A DNA stretch of 64,000 nucleotides, from NCBI RefSeq assembly GCF_000315625.1, contig NW_005434671.1, forward strand, positions 62,001 through 126,000. The letters are read 5' to 3'. The first letter of the stretch is position 1. The number at the start of each line of letters is the position of its first letter. The position numbers and the translations under genes were made by a program. The notes below the pieces were generated by a model. That model made no database searches. It was not told the DNA's origin and worked only from the letters and a program-made list of their open reading frames with translations. Below, piece by piece: positions 25,190 through 36,871 of the stretch. The DNA is from Guillardia theta CCMP2712 (lineage: Eukaryota > Protista > Cryptophyta).

Positions 25190-26110
25190 GCTGCCAAGTT
25201 GCCCTCGGCCCCGCCAGCTCTTCATTTTTTCCCCTCTGGAGTTTGCCTCCTTCAAGCGTCAGCTTCCATATCAGAGGGGCGGGGAAGGTTTCACACCTCA
25301 AGCAGGGGGTAGTCTATCTGCTTGTTACATACCCCTCCTTCAAGCGGACGAGCAGGATCTGGCCCTCCCTCCCCTACTGGCTTCCTTCCTGAGGGTGCAT
25401 CAGGCCCTGGTTGGTCGTGGAGTGCTGCAATATATCCCCTCGGTGACCTGATGACGCACGTCTAACGCACGTCTAACGTCTGAGCAACGAGATCCATCGC
25501 CTGCTCTCTTTCAGCTCGCGGGTGAACCTCCTTTTCTCCCCACCCAGCGTTCAGTCAGAGGACGGTTGATGCAGACTTTTCCCCCTCATCTTGAGCAGCG
25601 GGCGCACTTATCCCCGGTTCTATCCCCCCGAGTCAACGAGTCAGTCTTCTAGCCCGTTCCCCCTGAAGCCCCTCCTCCGGAAGGCTCTGAACCCTCAGCG
25701 GGGCTTGCACTACTCTCTGATGCAGGCCACCACCATGGGCGACCTCTGGCTCCCTGCCCTTTCCACCGCCACCTGGAATTCCAGTCCCACCCAAAACAAG
25801 ATCTCGGATCATCGCGTAAGCTATGCCGCCCATCACCCGCCGCGGGGAAGCCTTTCTTCGCTTCACTGCAGGTAGATGGTCTTCGTCATGCTCACGATTT
25901 GCGGTTTCTCTGGTACCTGGCGGATCACCATGGAACCTCCGCTACGCTGACAGCGGAGTGGGATGGATGCGCTCAGAAGCCGGTGTATGGAGACCCTGCC
26001 TTTCATCGTCTGCCGCGTGCTCGTCTGTTTCGGCAGTCTCGAGCTCGCATGGGGCTTGCAAATATGTCCATGGAGCCGGTTTCTTCCACTAAGGTAAGGC
26101 AGTCAACTTG
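25190..26110 (+). mobile_element. Degenerate 3' remnant of a non-LTR retrotransposon (CRE/R2-type, post-RT and zinc-knuckle region)
   Basis: Frameshifted fragments QLPYQRGGEGFTP (compare LPxxxGGLG after the RT), LPTQRSV..LM, LWLPAL, VYGDPAFH (compare DxxGDH..C) and GL...MEP, in the expected order. No RT core seen. Confidence 0.5.
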
Positions 26111-26499
26111 ATTCAGTGGAAGCAGAGGCGCTTCTATCACTGCAGTTTCCATGGCTCTTGCCGAAACGTTTGTGTTAGAACTTTTTCGTTCTTGTGTAGA
26201 TGCTTGTTCACTTGGTGCGTCAGTAACTTACCTGATCACGTTTGATCTGATGGCGATCGCCTAGTTGCAGTACGAGACGCTTGCGTTGACCTCAGCCTGC
26301 TTGTACCAGACTGTAGATGACACGTTCAGGCTAAAGGCACCAACCCCTCAAACAATGCACTACTCGATGTCTGAATCTCGCGTGCAAAGAGCCGAATGTA
26401 GCGTGATGAGTTTTACAAGCTGACCTAGAGGTATAATCTATCATCACGAACAACTCTTCTATGCTCAATCAAAGCGTAAAAGGTCGAAGGTATCGGTTG

Positions 26500-27100
26500 T
26501 TCCTCCGTATGTGCTTCCTTCTAGGCGAGCCTGCACATGATTTGGTGAGCTTGACGATCTCCGTCGCACGAGGCTGGGCCGTCTGACTTGCATCTGCTTA
26601 CAGCTCATCTCAAGCTGAGCTTCATGAAAAATGCTTGCCTTTGACGTTCAACGAGGGCTCCGCGCATACGCAAAGAAGGACCTCCCGATCCCTGGAGTTC
26701 CTGTGAGGGTGAGGTGATGGCATTAGCTCATCTAGGCTTGGAGGTCGGCGCGAGCGGCGAACTGACTTTGAAGCCTTGTGTCAAGTTGAGGCGGATTTGT
26801 TGGTACACCCTTTCCTCCTTCGCTTGTCTTTTCCATAAAAAGATATCAATCTCGCAAACTACTCGAGACTCGAACTGGTGACGCTGCACTGCGGCACTGC
26901 CTGACCTGGGCCGCAAGGCTTCTCCTTCTTCTCTCATACCCCTGGCTTCCTATTGTTAGAGAAAGGTATGGATTATCAGTTCGCAAATGACAGCTCTCCC
27001 TGATCGCTAGGGTGAAGAAGGAGGTTCCTTGTATTGAAAACCTCGCAAAAGAGAGCAATCCAAGGAAGAGCTTAAGACTAGGTCCATTCAGCAAACATGT
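26500..27100 (-). pseudogene. Decayed paralogue of the Crinkler/RHS-type NTPase gene
   Basis: The minus strand near 26665-26715 reads LTLTGTPGIGRSFFAY versus LILTGTPGIGKTCFAY in the neighbour. Downstream GSPRRKH matches SSPKKRQ. Stops and an inserted repeat interrupt it. Confidence 0.6.
26768..26922 (+). repeat. Direct repeat copy 2, extended by CCTGACCTGGGCCGCAAGGCTTC, which also occurs at about 25122-25144
   Basis: Sequence match to 24892-25023 and 25122-25144. Confidence 0.92.
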
Positions 27101-27332
27101 CAATCAGATCAGCACATTTTCTTGTCTGTGTCATCGTCCACTTTCTCACTCCATGATTGCAAGTGGATGATTTCTGAGATCGCCGAGGTTGATGGAACTC
27201 GTTTGTCCGAGCAGTTCTTCGATCGATATGTGCGCCGATCTTGTCTCATCTTTAACTGTACTGTCGACCTCCAGCATGCTTGTAACATCTACAGAAGATT
27301 AAGAATTATGACTGCTCCGGCGGCGGCTTGCA

Positions 27333-29434
27333 CTAGTTCCCTCTATTTAAACTTTTTATTGCGACTCTCTTCGACAGGACCATCGCATACTGCGTCAGAT
27401 TGTACTCTGCCAACTCCTTTGGTATTGACCCCTCAAACTTGAAGCTTTGAGCTCGTCTCCTGGAGCGCTTTCGTTCCAGGTGTTCAGGTAGAACAAACAC
27501 AAAGCATACGCTTTCAATCGTGTTCTTGACTCGCAAGGCCTTCAAGATTTGATAAAGAGGTTCAAGCTTGATCGGATGCTTCCCCGCCCCTGTCATCTGG
27601 AACATGTACAGTACCCCGCTCTTCGATAAGGACAAGGCATCCATGCACGGAAAGTTTCGAGCCTTGGGCTTGCAGTATGTGTTGTAAGTGATCACCATAT
27701 CCTTCATCGCTCCATACGATTTCGGGAACTCGTAGAACGTTTGTGATGCTTTCAGGATCAGATCTTTCACTGCAGCCTCGTCGTCCCCATCCGTTTGCAG
27801 CCTGTGAAGTTTGAACTTTCCTCCTCGCTTCAGCACCTCATGTGCAACATATTCAAAAGCTGAACCAGGAGTATTTTCAAAACCAGGACGCGAGAAAGCC
27901 AAGTCAACAAACTGAACCCTGTCATGCCGGACAAGCTGTGCAAAGATAATCCTCTCAGCCCTGTTTGAGCATATCCGAGCGGTGAAGGTCTTATAGTCCG
28001 ACTTGGGGTAAAGGTGAATCAGCTTCGATGGCGTTCCCAGGTCCTGGTTGGAAGCCACAACGATCTTTCTCTCTAGGTCTGAACAGCCATCTATCTCCAT
28101 AGCAGCCTCCTTGAGAAGCTCCTCAGGTCCAATGATTAAGTTCCTCGGTATGTTGCCCCAGTCCTTGATGATCTTCCTGGCTTATTGCTCGTTAATGCGC
28201 CCCTTGTGCATCTCAATGAAGATTTCCATCTCCTTGTCTGACCACACCGGCAAGAAATATCGCTGCGCGAAATAATCATTCGAAATGTCCTTGAACTGCC
28301 TCTTCTTCGGTGAAGAGATTATAATTGTTCTTGCTATTTCTGATATCTCGTAGTCCCCCCGCTCGCTGTACAGGTCACAGATATACCACACCCGATTGGT
28401 TTCAAGAAACACAGAAATTTCAGAAGTTTCCTTCCTCAGGTAATACCATTTCCTTCCGTCGAAGTACCAATACTGAGTTCCTATCTGATAGACCACTTGC
28501 TCATTAGACCGGAGAATATGAAGGAGCAAGAAGTACGCAAAGCAGGTTTTCCCAATACCTGGAGTTCCTGTCAGAATCAAAGGGCGAACTCGTTTGACTG
28601 GCTCTTTGTCCTTGAACGTCTCTGGGACCAGGTTGAATTGATCTACAATTATCTGCAGCATCTTGAAGTAGCACTCACGTAGGAAAAGCTGATTTCCAAA
28701 TTCCTCTTGGCCTCGCAAGCATATAGAAAACTTTACTATCTCATTGGCCAACAAGGTGTTCCCTTTGCGCGTAATGTAGAGAAGCTCGTTCAAAAAAGCT
28801 AGCATGCATTCTATCATTTTTATCAGATGACAAATGATCATCACATTTCATGCAGTCTATACCTTTCGATTTTGACATATACTCTGTTCGAAGTACACGA
28901 ATTCCATTCCCTTCTAGCTTGTCAAGCTTCTTGAAAAGCTGCTTCTCCTCCTCTCGAAGCTGCTTTTTTTTCTCTCGAAGCTGCTTCTTCTCCTCTCGGA
29001 GCTGCTTCTTCTTCTCTTGCCAGTAGCTTCGCATATTTGGGTCAGAGATGAAGTTCCTCTCTGCCACTTCTATCTTTCCATCAATTGCTTCAATCTGTTC
29101 ACCAACCCTGGCGATCGTCTCATTCACTCTGCTGATCTCCTCCTTTACCCACGCGATCCTCTCATCAGGGAGCTCGTCTACAGGGAAACCATCATGAGCC
29201 ATATTCCATCTTGCACCACTTCCTCCTCGTATCTTCATGCAAGAGTCCTGGAGTGACATATCTGCCTTGACCTGACAAACACGTTGACAGCAAATCGAAG
29301 TTGCTAGCTCCTATAATCGAATCGAAGCATGTCAAATCGAGCGCATGCAGCAAGGCAGATGTCTCCACCTCTGCGATTGCCGTGTACATCGGGACCAGAC
29401 AAAGAAGCAGAGACACGATCTCATCGTGTCCCAT
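27333..29434 (-). pseudogene. Crinkler/RHS-type effector gene: signal peptide, coiled coil, P-loop NTPase and PD-(D/E)xK-like nuclease, with a single in-frame TAA
   Basis: GT-AG introns 29311-29368 and 28811-28862 join the ORFs in frame. NTPase motifs GTPGIGKT, WYICD, ISSP, PVWSDKE and WGNIPR. Nuclease-like KPKARNFPCMDAL..LYMFQMT..KHPIK. TAA at 28182-28184 with the same frame on both sides. Confidence 0.82.
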
Positions 29435-29650
29435 TGCTACCACCATTGTCAGTATCAACCTTGTCCAAGGAGCGTATACCACAAAAATCCGCCTCAACAG
29501 AAAACTAGCAAAAGGAAAAGGCAGCAAAAACCTTCAGTAGGGGAACAGATTCATCTTTGATTTGCCCTCAACAGTCGGTACCCAATTAATTTACTCAACT
29601 TGATTAAATTTGCGCGTAAAAGGAGGCTGGATGGGAGATGAAAGCGAGGC

Positions 29651-29656
29651 GACGAG

Positions 29657-29718
<62 letters not shown>
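29651..29718 (+). repeat. (GACGAG)n microsatellite, intergenic
   Basis: Direct tandem repeat. Confidence 0.95.
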
Positions 29719-29894
29719 TATGCATTATATGGCTGAAGATGATATCATCTGGTGCAGATAAGAAAAGAAGAAGCATAAAGTAGCAGAGAGTGAGGGCTTT
29801 CACTTAAGAATGTTAGAATGTTTCACGAACTGACGGATAATCAGCACAGGTTGGAAGGTGGCATGAATCTTTAACCGAGGTAGAAAATTTCGAG

Positions 29895-32092
29895 ATGGAT
29901 AAGACATTCAGAGCTTCTCAAATTTGCTTTATCGTTTTCACTTCGCTCATCCTGCAATGCTCCGCTTTTTCCACTTTTTGTTCGCCTACTAGTTTCAAGA
30001 CATCCAGATTTCAACGCCTGTCACCCTGTATGTGCGAGGAGCAAGGGTCCCAAGTCCAGGGGACAGATGGAGCATCGGCCATGTGCGGAGTGCCGGTGAA
30101 CAGCTTCCTGCATCAGCAGAAGGAGCTGGTGGGGCAGGCTATTCCTGGAGCGCAGCCTCGGTCGAGCTGGACTGATGCCCTGTCAGCTCCAGCGATCCCT
30201 AGGGTGATGAGCGGGAAAACGATGGAGGAGATGCCAGCTGGGAAGAAGCAGAAGGAAATCTCGGGCCGAGCTCGTCCTGACTGGTTCCGTGTTCCTGCTC
30301 CTCCCCCTAAAGACGCAAGCACCAAGTACAACAAGCTCAAGGATGGACTGCGCGATCTCAAGCTTCATACGGTATGACCCTGACTCAGTGCTTCCACCCT
30401 CCCTCCCTCCCTCCCTCCCTCCCTCCCTCCCTCCCTCCATCCATCCATCCATCCATCCATCCATCCATCCATCCATCCATCCATCCATCCATCCATCCAT
30501 CCATCCATCCCTTTTCATGAGCAGGAAGTCACTAGTTTTACCTTCCCCGGCAGGTCTGTGAGGAGGCTCAGTGCCCCAACATCGGAGAGTGTTGGAACGG
30601 AGGAACGGGAACGATCATGCTGCTGGGAGACACTTGCACGAGAGCATGCAAGTTCTGTGCCGTCAAGACGTCCAACTCTCCTCCTCCTCCTGACCCGGAG
30701 GAGCCCTTCAACACCGCCAAGGCCATCGCTGAGTGGGGCCTCGACTATGTCGTCCTTACTTCCGTTGATCGCGACGACATGCCAGACGGCGGAGCCTCAC
30801 ACTTCGCACAGACAGTCCAGTACATCAAGGTAACATGGAGGAGGCACAAGTAGAGCTGAGCCGGCTGCAGGTGTGGAACCCCAAGATTCTGGTTGAGTGT
30901 CTTGTGTCAGACTTCCAGGGTATGGAGGAATCAGTCAAGACCCTGGCGCTCTCGGGTACCAAGTCTTGTCAAGAACAAGGTTTGACATGCTGTGAACACT
31001 TGTGCAGGTTTGGACGTGTATGCGCATAATATCGAGACTGTCGAGCGCTTGCAACCGGTTGTTAATCCTTGCCAAGCCCTGCAGTTCCCTCTTTTCTTTC
31101 TGTTTGAATTCCCTTCATAATCATGCTCTTCCATGCATACCTGCGCATCGTGATTTCTGCCCCCTTCTCTCCTCGTTACCCTTACCATCGTGCTTCTAGT
31201 TTGTTCGGGACAAGCGGGCCAACTACAGACAATCACTTCACGTGCTCGAGCACGCCAAGAAGGTGAAAGGCATGGCCAGCAGAAGATTCGCTGATGGGCG
31301 ATGCAGGTGAATCCAAAACTCTTCACCAAGTCATCCATAATGCTTGGGCTTGGAGAGACAAAAGAAGAAGTAAGAGTACTCCATGGATCTCTACCTGCTC
31401 GAATCTGATTATCATGTGCTTGTAGGTGAAGCAAACTATGCTAGATTTGCGTTCCTGCGGTGCTTCCTTCTCTCCCTCCTTCCCATCTCCCTGCTATTCC
31501 CTCTCTGCTGCCTCTTTCCTCTCCCTCCTCTCTCCTACCTACTTCTTCCTTCTCTTCGTTACCGTCAGTTGCAGGCACAGACGTTCTCACCCTCGGACAA
31601 TATCTCCGTCCTTCTCCCCACCACCTTGCCGTGCAGGAATTCGTTACTCCTGAAGTGTTTGACGAGCTTCGGAAGGTGAAGAGGACGAGAGGAGGAGGAG
31701 GAGGAGGAAGAGGAGGAGTAGAAGTCATGATGTGGTGCGGCAGATGGGAGAGGAGATGGGCTTCAAGTACGTTGCTGCAGGCCCGATGGTGCGATCAAGC
31801 TATAAAGCTGGTGATCATTCAGCTCTGAATTCGCCTTGTGCTGCTTTCTGAGCAGTGAACAGGAGAGTTCTTTTTGGAGAACATGATCCGAAGTGCGAAT
31901 GAGGAGGAGGCAAAGAAACTTCTAGGTCAGTGAAGGCTATCGGGGAAGGGAGGAAGGGCAGGGGGAGGAGAAAGGAGGATCATGGGAAAGCCATAGCCAT
32001 GTAGCTGCGCATGGTTGTCCTAACGCTGTTGACGTGCAGAGGATTTCAAGACTGGACATGAGCATCACCGAACGATCAAGCAGAGCAAGTAG
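29895..32092 (+). CDS. lipA: Lipoyl synthase (radical SAM), probably plastid-targeted
   Basis: [61 protein letters not shown] and GPMVRSSY; leader LILQCSA-F. Confidence 0.96.
30397..30510 (+). repeat. Intronic compound microsatellite (CCCT)n(CCAT)n
   Basis: Lies within the first lipA intron. Confidence 0.95.
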
Positions 32093-32308
32093 ATGAAAGT
32101 AATAGAGCCAAAGAAAGATGTCAAGACTCTTATTTCCAATTGTTGAGATGAAATATTACAATGACTGTAAATGGTGTTCCGAGGGTCTGACAAGTTAAGA
32201 TGAGCTACAGAGGGGGAGAGGAGCAGATCGGGAGAGAAACTTTCATCGTCTCATTTCTCATCCTCATGCTGCCCCTGAGCAATTCCCCTGAGCTTCATGA
32301 TGGCATCG

Positions 32309-34114
32309 TCAATTTGGGACGAGGGGCAAGCTTGCGTTGCTCACGTCCAAGGCCTCGACCCCATGGTTGGCGAACCATTCCTTCACCTCCTCGTCTGCTG
32401 AGTTTCTCTTGTTGACGGGTTTCAGTCTCATGATCGCATCCTTCTCCTCTTCCAGGAACTTGCTGCACAGCTTCCCGACCAGCTCCGTGATTTTTTCTGT
32501 CTCTGGGTGCTCTGCTCCCTTCGTCTCCTGAACGATCTTCCGCGCTTCGTTCATATGCTCAATGATCTCTGCCTTGCACACTCGCATGTTGTGCTGCAGT
32601 TCTGAGTGCTGCCTTGACAAGTTGGCGATGTCCTTGTCAAGCCCGAACATGTCTTGCTCGAGTCCAGCAAGTTCGATCCCCTCTGCCTTCCTCTCGATCT
32701 CTGCTCTGTTGCGTAGAGAGCTCTCGAGTTCTGCATCCACCACGTGGAACTGCTCAGTCATCTGCTTCAGCTGCTGCCGCTTGATCGTCCCCATCGCCGT
32801 GTAGAGCTTGCCGATCTGTGGGTCCTTGTGGCTAGAAGAGCGAGCTTCCTTCAGCTCCCAGGCCTTCACCAGGTAGTTCATCGCGTCGTCAAACAGTTTC
32901 TGTGCTGAGTACAGATCGCTCATGGCCACGTACAGGGACGCCACTGTTCCGTCGGGATCGTCAGGCACTTCATCCTCCTCTTCCTCTTCTGTCGCCATGG
33001 AGTCTCCTGTCTTTCCTATCCTCCGCATGCAGATCTTCTTTGCCGTCCCGAGCAACGAATGAGCCGACTGGTAGTTTCCAAGCCGAGTCTCGCAGATTCC
33101 CATGCCCTCGAGGATTCTGCAGCGAAACGCGAGGGACTCGTCGGTTTGCGGGTTGAGCTGGTTGATGTTGTCAGCAGCCTTGAAGTGAAAGAGAGCCTGC
33201 ACGATCATCTTCAGCCGCAGGTAAGTCGTAGCGAGATGAAAGTGTGAGCGAACGAGCAAGGGATGGCTGTCGGAGTGCTGCATGCGAACACATGCTGAAT
33301 ACTCCACCCATGCCTTGATGAGCTCTTCGAAGTTACCCTCCTCGTTGAGCTTCTTGATCCTCTCTTGAATAATCTCAAGCCTGACTGATGGCGGCTGCAA
33401 ATATTCTGACTCTTCTTCGTCTTCGTACGAGACATCCAAGGGAGGAGATCGGGAGGCTGGCTTCTCCTGCTTCCTTTGAAATTTGCTTCTGTTTGCGTCT
33501 GGATGCAACTGCAAATGAGCATCTCGATGTTGTCCTCTCAACGCCAGGGCCGCCACCTGCCGTCCATGCCCCATCGCCAGCTGCACAGTCGGAATGCCTT
33601 TGGTATCAATCGCTTTCAGTCTTTCCTCACTCAATTGTTTGGATGCGGACGGGGGTCGCGTCCTCTTGCTTTCCAGCGTCTTAGTCTTCAAATCTTCTGC
33701 TCCTCGCATCTTCCTATCTTCCGGCGTCCAAAACTTTGCCCGCGCGTCCACGATCTTCTCGTCTTGCGCTGCCTTCTTCTCAATGCGCAGCTTCGCTGGG
33801 TAGATCTTATCCATAGTCATCCTCGCCCTTTGAAACGGATCTATCAAGTCCTCCTGCACCTCTCTCCTCATGGAGCTTCCTGCCTTGGCTCTCAAGATCG
33901 CAATGCTCTTCAGCATCTTGGTTCTGTGCCCTAGCGACGTGACTCCCAGCCTTCTCTTCAGTTGCTCAGCATCGAGGAGGATCAAGTCGGCTCCCTCCAC
34001 TCCTGCAGCCTCGAAGGCAGGGAGGTAGAGGGAGAGGCCGAGGCTCTCCAGCCATGCCTCCACCTCCTCCTTCTTCCACGCCTGAGGCTTCGGGAACTGT
34101 CGGAGCAGCTCCAT
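32309..34114 (-). CDS. SAM-domain + TPR-repeat protein
   Basis: WKKEEVEAWLESLGLSLYLPAF..VEGADLILL..LGVTSLGHRTKML (SAM), followed by TPR-like helices. Confidence 0.85.
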   Translation of the reverse strand: MELLRQFPKPQAWKKEEVEAWLESLGLSLYLPAFEAAGVEGADLILLDAEQLKRRLGVTSLGHRTKMLKSIAILRAKAGSSMRREVQEDLIDPFQRARMTMDKIYPAKLRIEKKAAQDEKIVDARAKFWTPEDRKMRGAEDLKTKTLESKRTRPPSASKQLSEERLKAIDTKGIPTVQLAMGHGRQVAALALRGQHRDAHLQLHPDANRSKFQRKQEKPASRSPPLDVSYEDEEESEYLQPPSVRLEIIQERIKKLNEEGNFEELIKAWVEYSACVRMQHSDSHPLLVRSHFHLATTYLRLKMIVQALFHFKAADNINQLNPQTDESLAFRCRILEGMGICETRLGNYQSAHSLLGTAKKICMRRIGKTGDSMATEEEEEDEVPDDPDGTVASLYVAMSDLYSAQKLFDDAMNYLVKAWELKEARSSSHKDPQIGKLYTAMGTIKRQQLKQMTEQFHVVDAELESSLRNRAEIERKAEGIELAGLEQDMFGLDKDIANLSRQHSELQHNMRVCKAEIIEHMNEARKIVQETKGAEHPETEKITELVGKLCSKFLEEEKDAIMRLKPVNKRNSADEEVKEWFANHGVEALDVSNASLPLVPN

Positions 34115-34410
34115 TGCGCGCTCAAATCTTGACTACACCTGTGAAATATTGACTATGGTCAACCTCAATCAACCGAAGTAGTAGTTTGGTCAAAAGGGTG
34201 GGTATATGCAGTTGCATGGGGGGGTATCATGTCGAAGGCGCTTCACGATCTTGAACTGCTTGACTATAGACGAGCAATTTTTGAGGATAACTGAAGGCGG
34301 CCGGGCCGGCCTGGGGGGTTGCCAGTCACTGGCAGGGCCGGCGGGCCATCCGGCCGCCGTTCCGAAGTTCGAATCCGACTGATCGTGACTTTGAGTAAAG
34401 ATCGTGACTT

Positions 34411-34472
34411 TTTACTCAAAGTTAAGTTAAAAATCAGTACGAGGACAATCAGGAGAGTCGAGGAGGCTTGAC
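34411..34472 (+). repeat. 62-bp dispersed direct repeat, copy 1 (partner 36872-36933)
   Basis: TTTACTCAAAGTTAAGTTAAAAATCAGTACGAGGACAATCAGGAGAGTC(G/C)AGGAGGCTTGAC, one mismatch. Confidence 0.95.
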
Positions 34473-34925
34473 CCTGACAGCTTTACTCAAAGTTTTAAGC
34501 CCTGACACTGTCGCACTCAGTGAGTCGTCACTGGGGCCCGGGGCCCGGCCGAGCGAATCGGACTGGGATCCCGAGTCCCGGTCCTGGCCCGCCAGTTAGC
34601 ATATGCGAAGAGTCATTCGTGACTGCAATGGCATGAGAAGGGAGGGAACGCAACGAAAGAACGCTTAAATGCTGAGACAGCGAGGATGTTGAGACCAGGG
34701 CTGTATGCTTGACTGCGATGTACTTGTGATCTTGCACCTCCTTGTGAAAGTCCAGCACGAGTTTAGGTCATATCTGTCCTCTTGTAGGTGGTTGAGCACT
34801 AGCATGATTGTTTGCTGGCTTGCAGCAGTTTTTATTCTGATGAAAGGATGTGCATGTATCTAACGTTTGATGGCAGAAGAATCGCTGAAGCATCTTGTCT
34901 TCGTCCCAGCTTGCCAGTCCCGATC

Positions 34926-36616
34926 ATGTCTTCATGGCTTGATCCGTTCGAACGCCGGCAAGACCCAGAGTCAAGGCAGGAAGCAGACCTGCCCTGGGAT
35001 GGACCTGGAGGTGACAAATCATGAACGTCTGACTTTACCTGCTCAGCTTTCTGAACTCGAATGCGGCAGGTTATCAGAAGCAGCCCGAGTTCCGAGATCA
35101 CATGATGCTGCCTGACAAGGATCCGATCAGCGGCATTCCCAACCGTAACGAGTCCAGCGTGACAGTGACTTCGATGGGAGACCCAAACCCTAAGAGCTCT
35201 AATGAGGGAGTGACGTTGATGTTCTACTTTGTCACTTCATGGGTCTTGTTCCTGCAAGGGATCAGCTCGATGTCGTCTCTTGCGGTCAGCTACTTCTACA
35301 AGAACACATTACAGGTACTGCACCTGAGTTATGATCTTTCTTGATATATGTTTCATCTGATGTGTCTTGCCAGGTCGAGCCAGCTCTTCTCTCCACTATC
35401 ACGAGCCTCACAGCACTTCCTTGGACTATCAAACCGTTGTACGGCTTCTTGTCTGATGGGTGGCCTATTCTCGGTTATCGCCGCAAGCCGTACTTGATGA
35501 TCTCAGGAATCCTGGGAAGGTGCGAAGATTGCATGTCTTGCGAAGTCTTCTCTGATCGATATTGGCAGTGTATCGTGGTTCTGCATGGCAGTGTTCGTCA
35601 ATGACGTATGGTTTGGTTTCGTCTGCATGTTCATCGCATCCATGGGAATGGCTGTTTCCAACGTGATAGCGGAGGGTATGGTGGTGGAGAAGAGCAGAGG
35701 GCAAACGCAAGAGTTTGCGTCGCATCTCCAGGCGTTTGTGCATGGAGCACAGGCTATTGGAGGGATCATCGCCGCCTACTTTGGAGGATTCCTGCTTCAG
35801 TACCTTGCAGATCGCCACATGTTCATGCTTTGCGCCATCTTTCCTCTCACCATCATCGTGGTAGCTTTGATCTCACCTGAGGTTCGTTTTGATGGCGATC
35901 TGACGGCCATTCGTGCGGACATGGCTGGAAAGCTCAAGGAGCTCTGGGAAGCTTTTCAGCATCCACAAATTTACAAACCGGTTGCATTTGTGTTCATGCT
36001 CAACGCCACTCCAGCCACTGGAGCGACCTGGTTTTATTTCTACACCAACGTCCTTCATTTTTCTTCAACGTTTCTTGGGACGATCAACGTTGTAGGTGCT
36101 ATCTGCTCTCTCGGAGGCGTGCTCATCTTTGGGAATTTTCTGGCCAACACCCCCTTCAGGCCGATTCTGATTTGGTCTACTATCATCTCGACCGTCTTTG
36201 GCTTGACTCAGCTCGCGCTGGTTTTCCGATGGAATAGAGAATGGGGGATCCCGGACGCTGCCTTCTGTATAGGTGAGAGCGCAATCCTCTCAGTGCTTGG
36301 ATGGATCAACACAATGCCAATATTGGTTCTTGCTGCTCGCCTCTGCCCCGTTGGGATGGAAGCAACCATGTACGCATTGATCATGTCCGTCAACAACCTG
36401 GGAGGAGTGATTGGAACTCAATTCGGAGCTCTGATTACATGGGGGCTGGGTGTGACAGACAGCAACCTGGACAACTTCTGGATCCTTGTTTTGATCTGCA
36501 ACTTGTCTACAGTGTTGCCGCTAGTCTTCATCGGGTGGATCCCCCCTGATGGAGAAGATTATGGGGCGGAGATCACTGCTGAGAGCGAAAGGAATCAGCA
36601 CAAACAGAAGGCTTAA
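34926..36616 (+). CDS. Folate-biopterin transporter (BT1/FBT family, MFS)
   Basis: LPWTIKPLYGFLSDGWPILGYRRKPY, ATPATG, FYFYTN and MPILVLAARLCPVGMEATMYALIMS. Confidence 0.93.
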
Positions 36617-36871
36617 GTTGCTATCGTATTGAATTCTTTTTCCAAAGTCGCTCTTTGTGAGTCTTTACTGCGGGGCGCAGCGTGTGGCCGTCACGTGCGG
36701 CACTGCAAGCGACGAGTCTGGGGATCGGGACTGCTGCGGTGTCCTGTGCACGGCCGTCAGTTCTCCGAGTTTGTCAGTGTCTCGCCGGTCGTGTCCGGCG
36801 CGGAGACCGTGCCGTGCCTCCGGCTCGTAGTACGGTACGGTAACTGAGTACAGTGAGTGCTTCTCAGCTTC

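Noticed and set aside
24892-26922. LTR retrotransposon bounded by the 132-bp repeats
   Set aside because: No clear TG...CA ends, primer-binding site, target-site duplication or gag/pol motifs.
28182-28184. Alternative genetic code (TAA as sense)
   Set aside because: TAA ends other genes normally (for example BT1 at 36614-36616), and long genes lack internal TAA.
34367-34376. GTTCGAATCC B-box (similar word near 44910) as a tRNA or SINE
   Set aside because: No cloverleaf or A-box at a suitable distance. No tRNA or rRNA was identified in the window.
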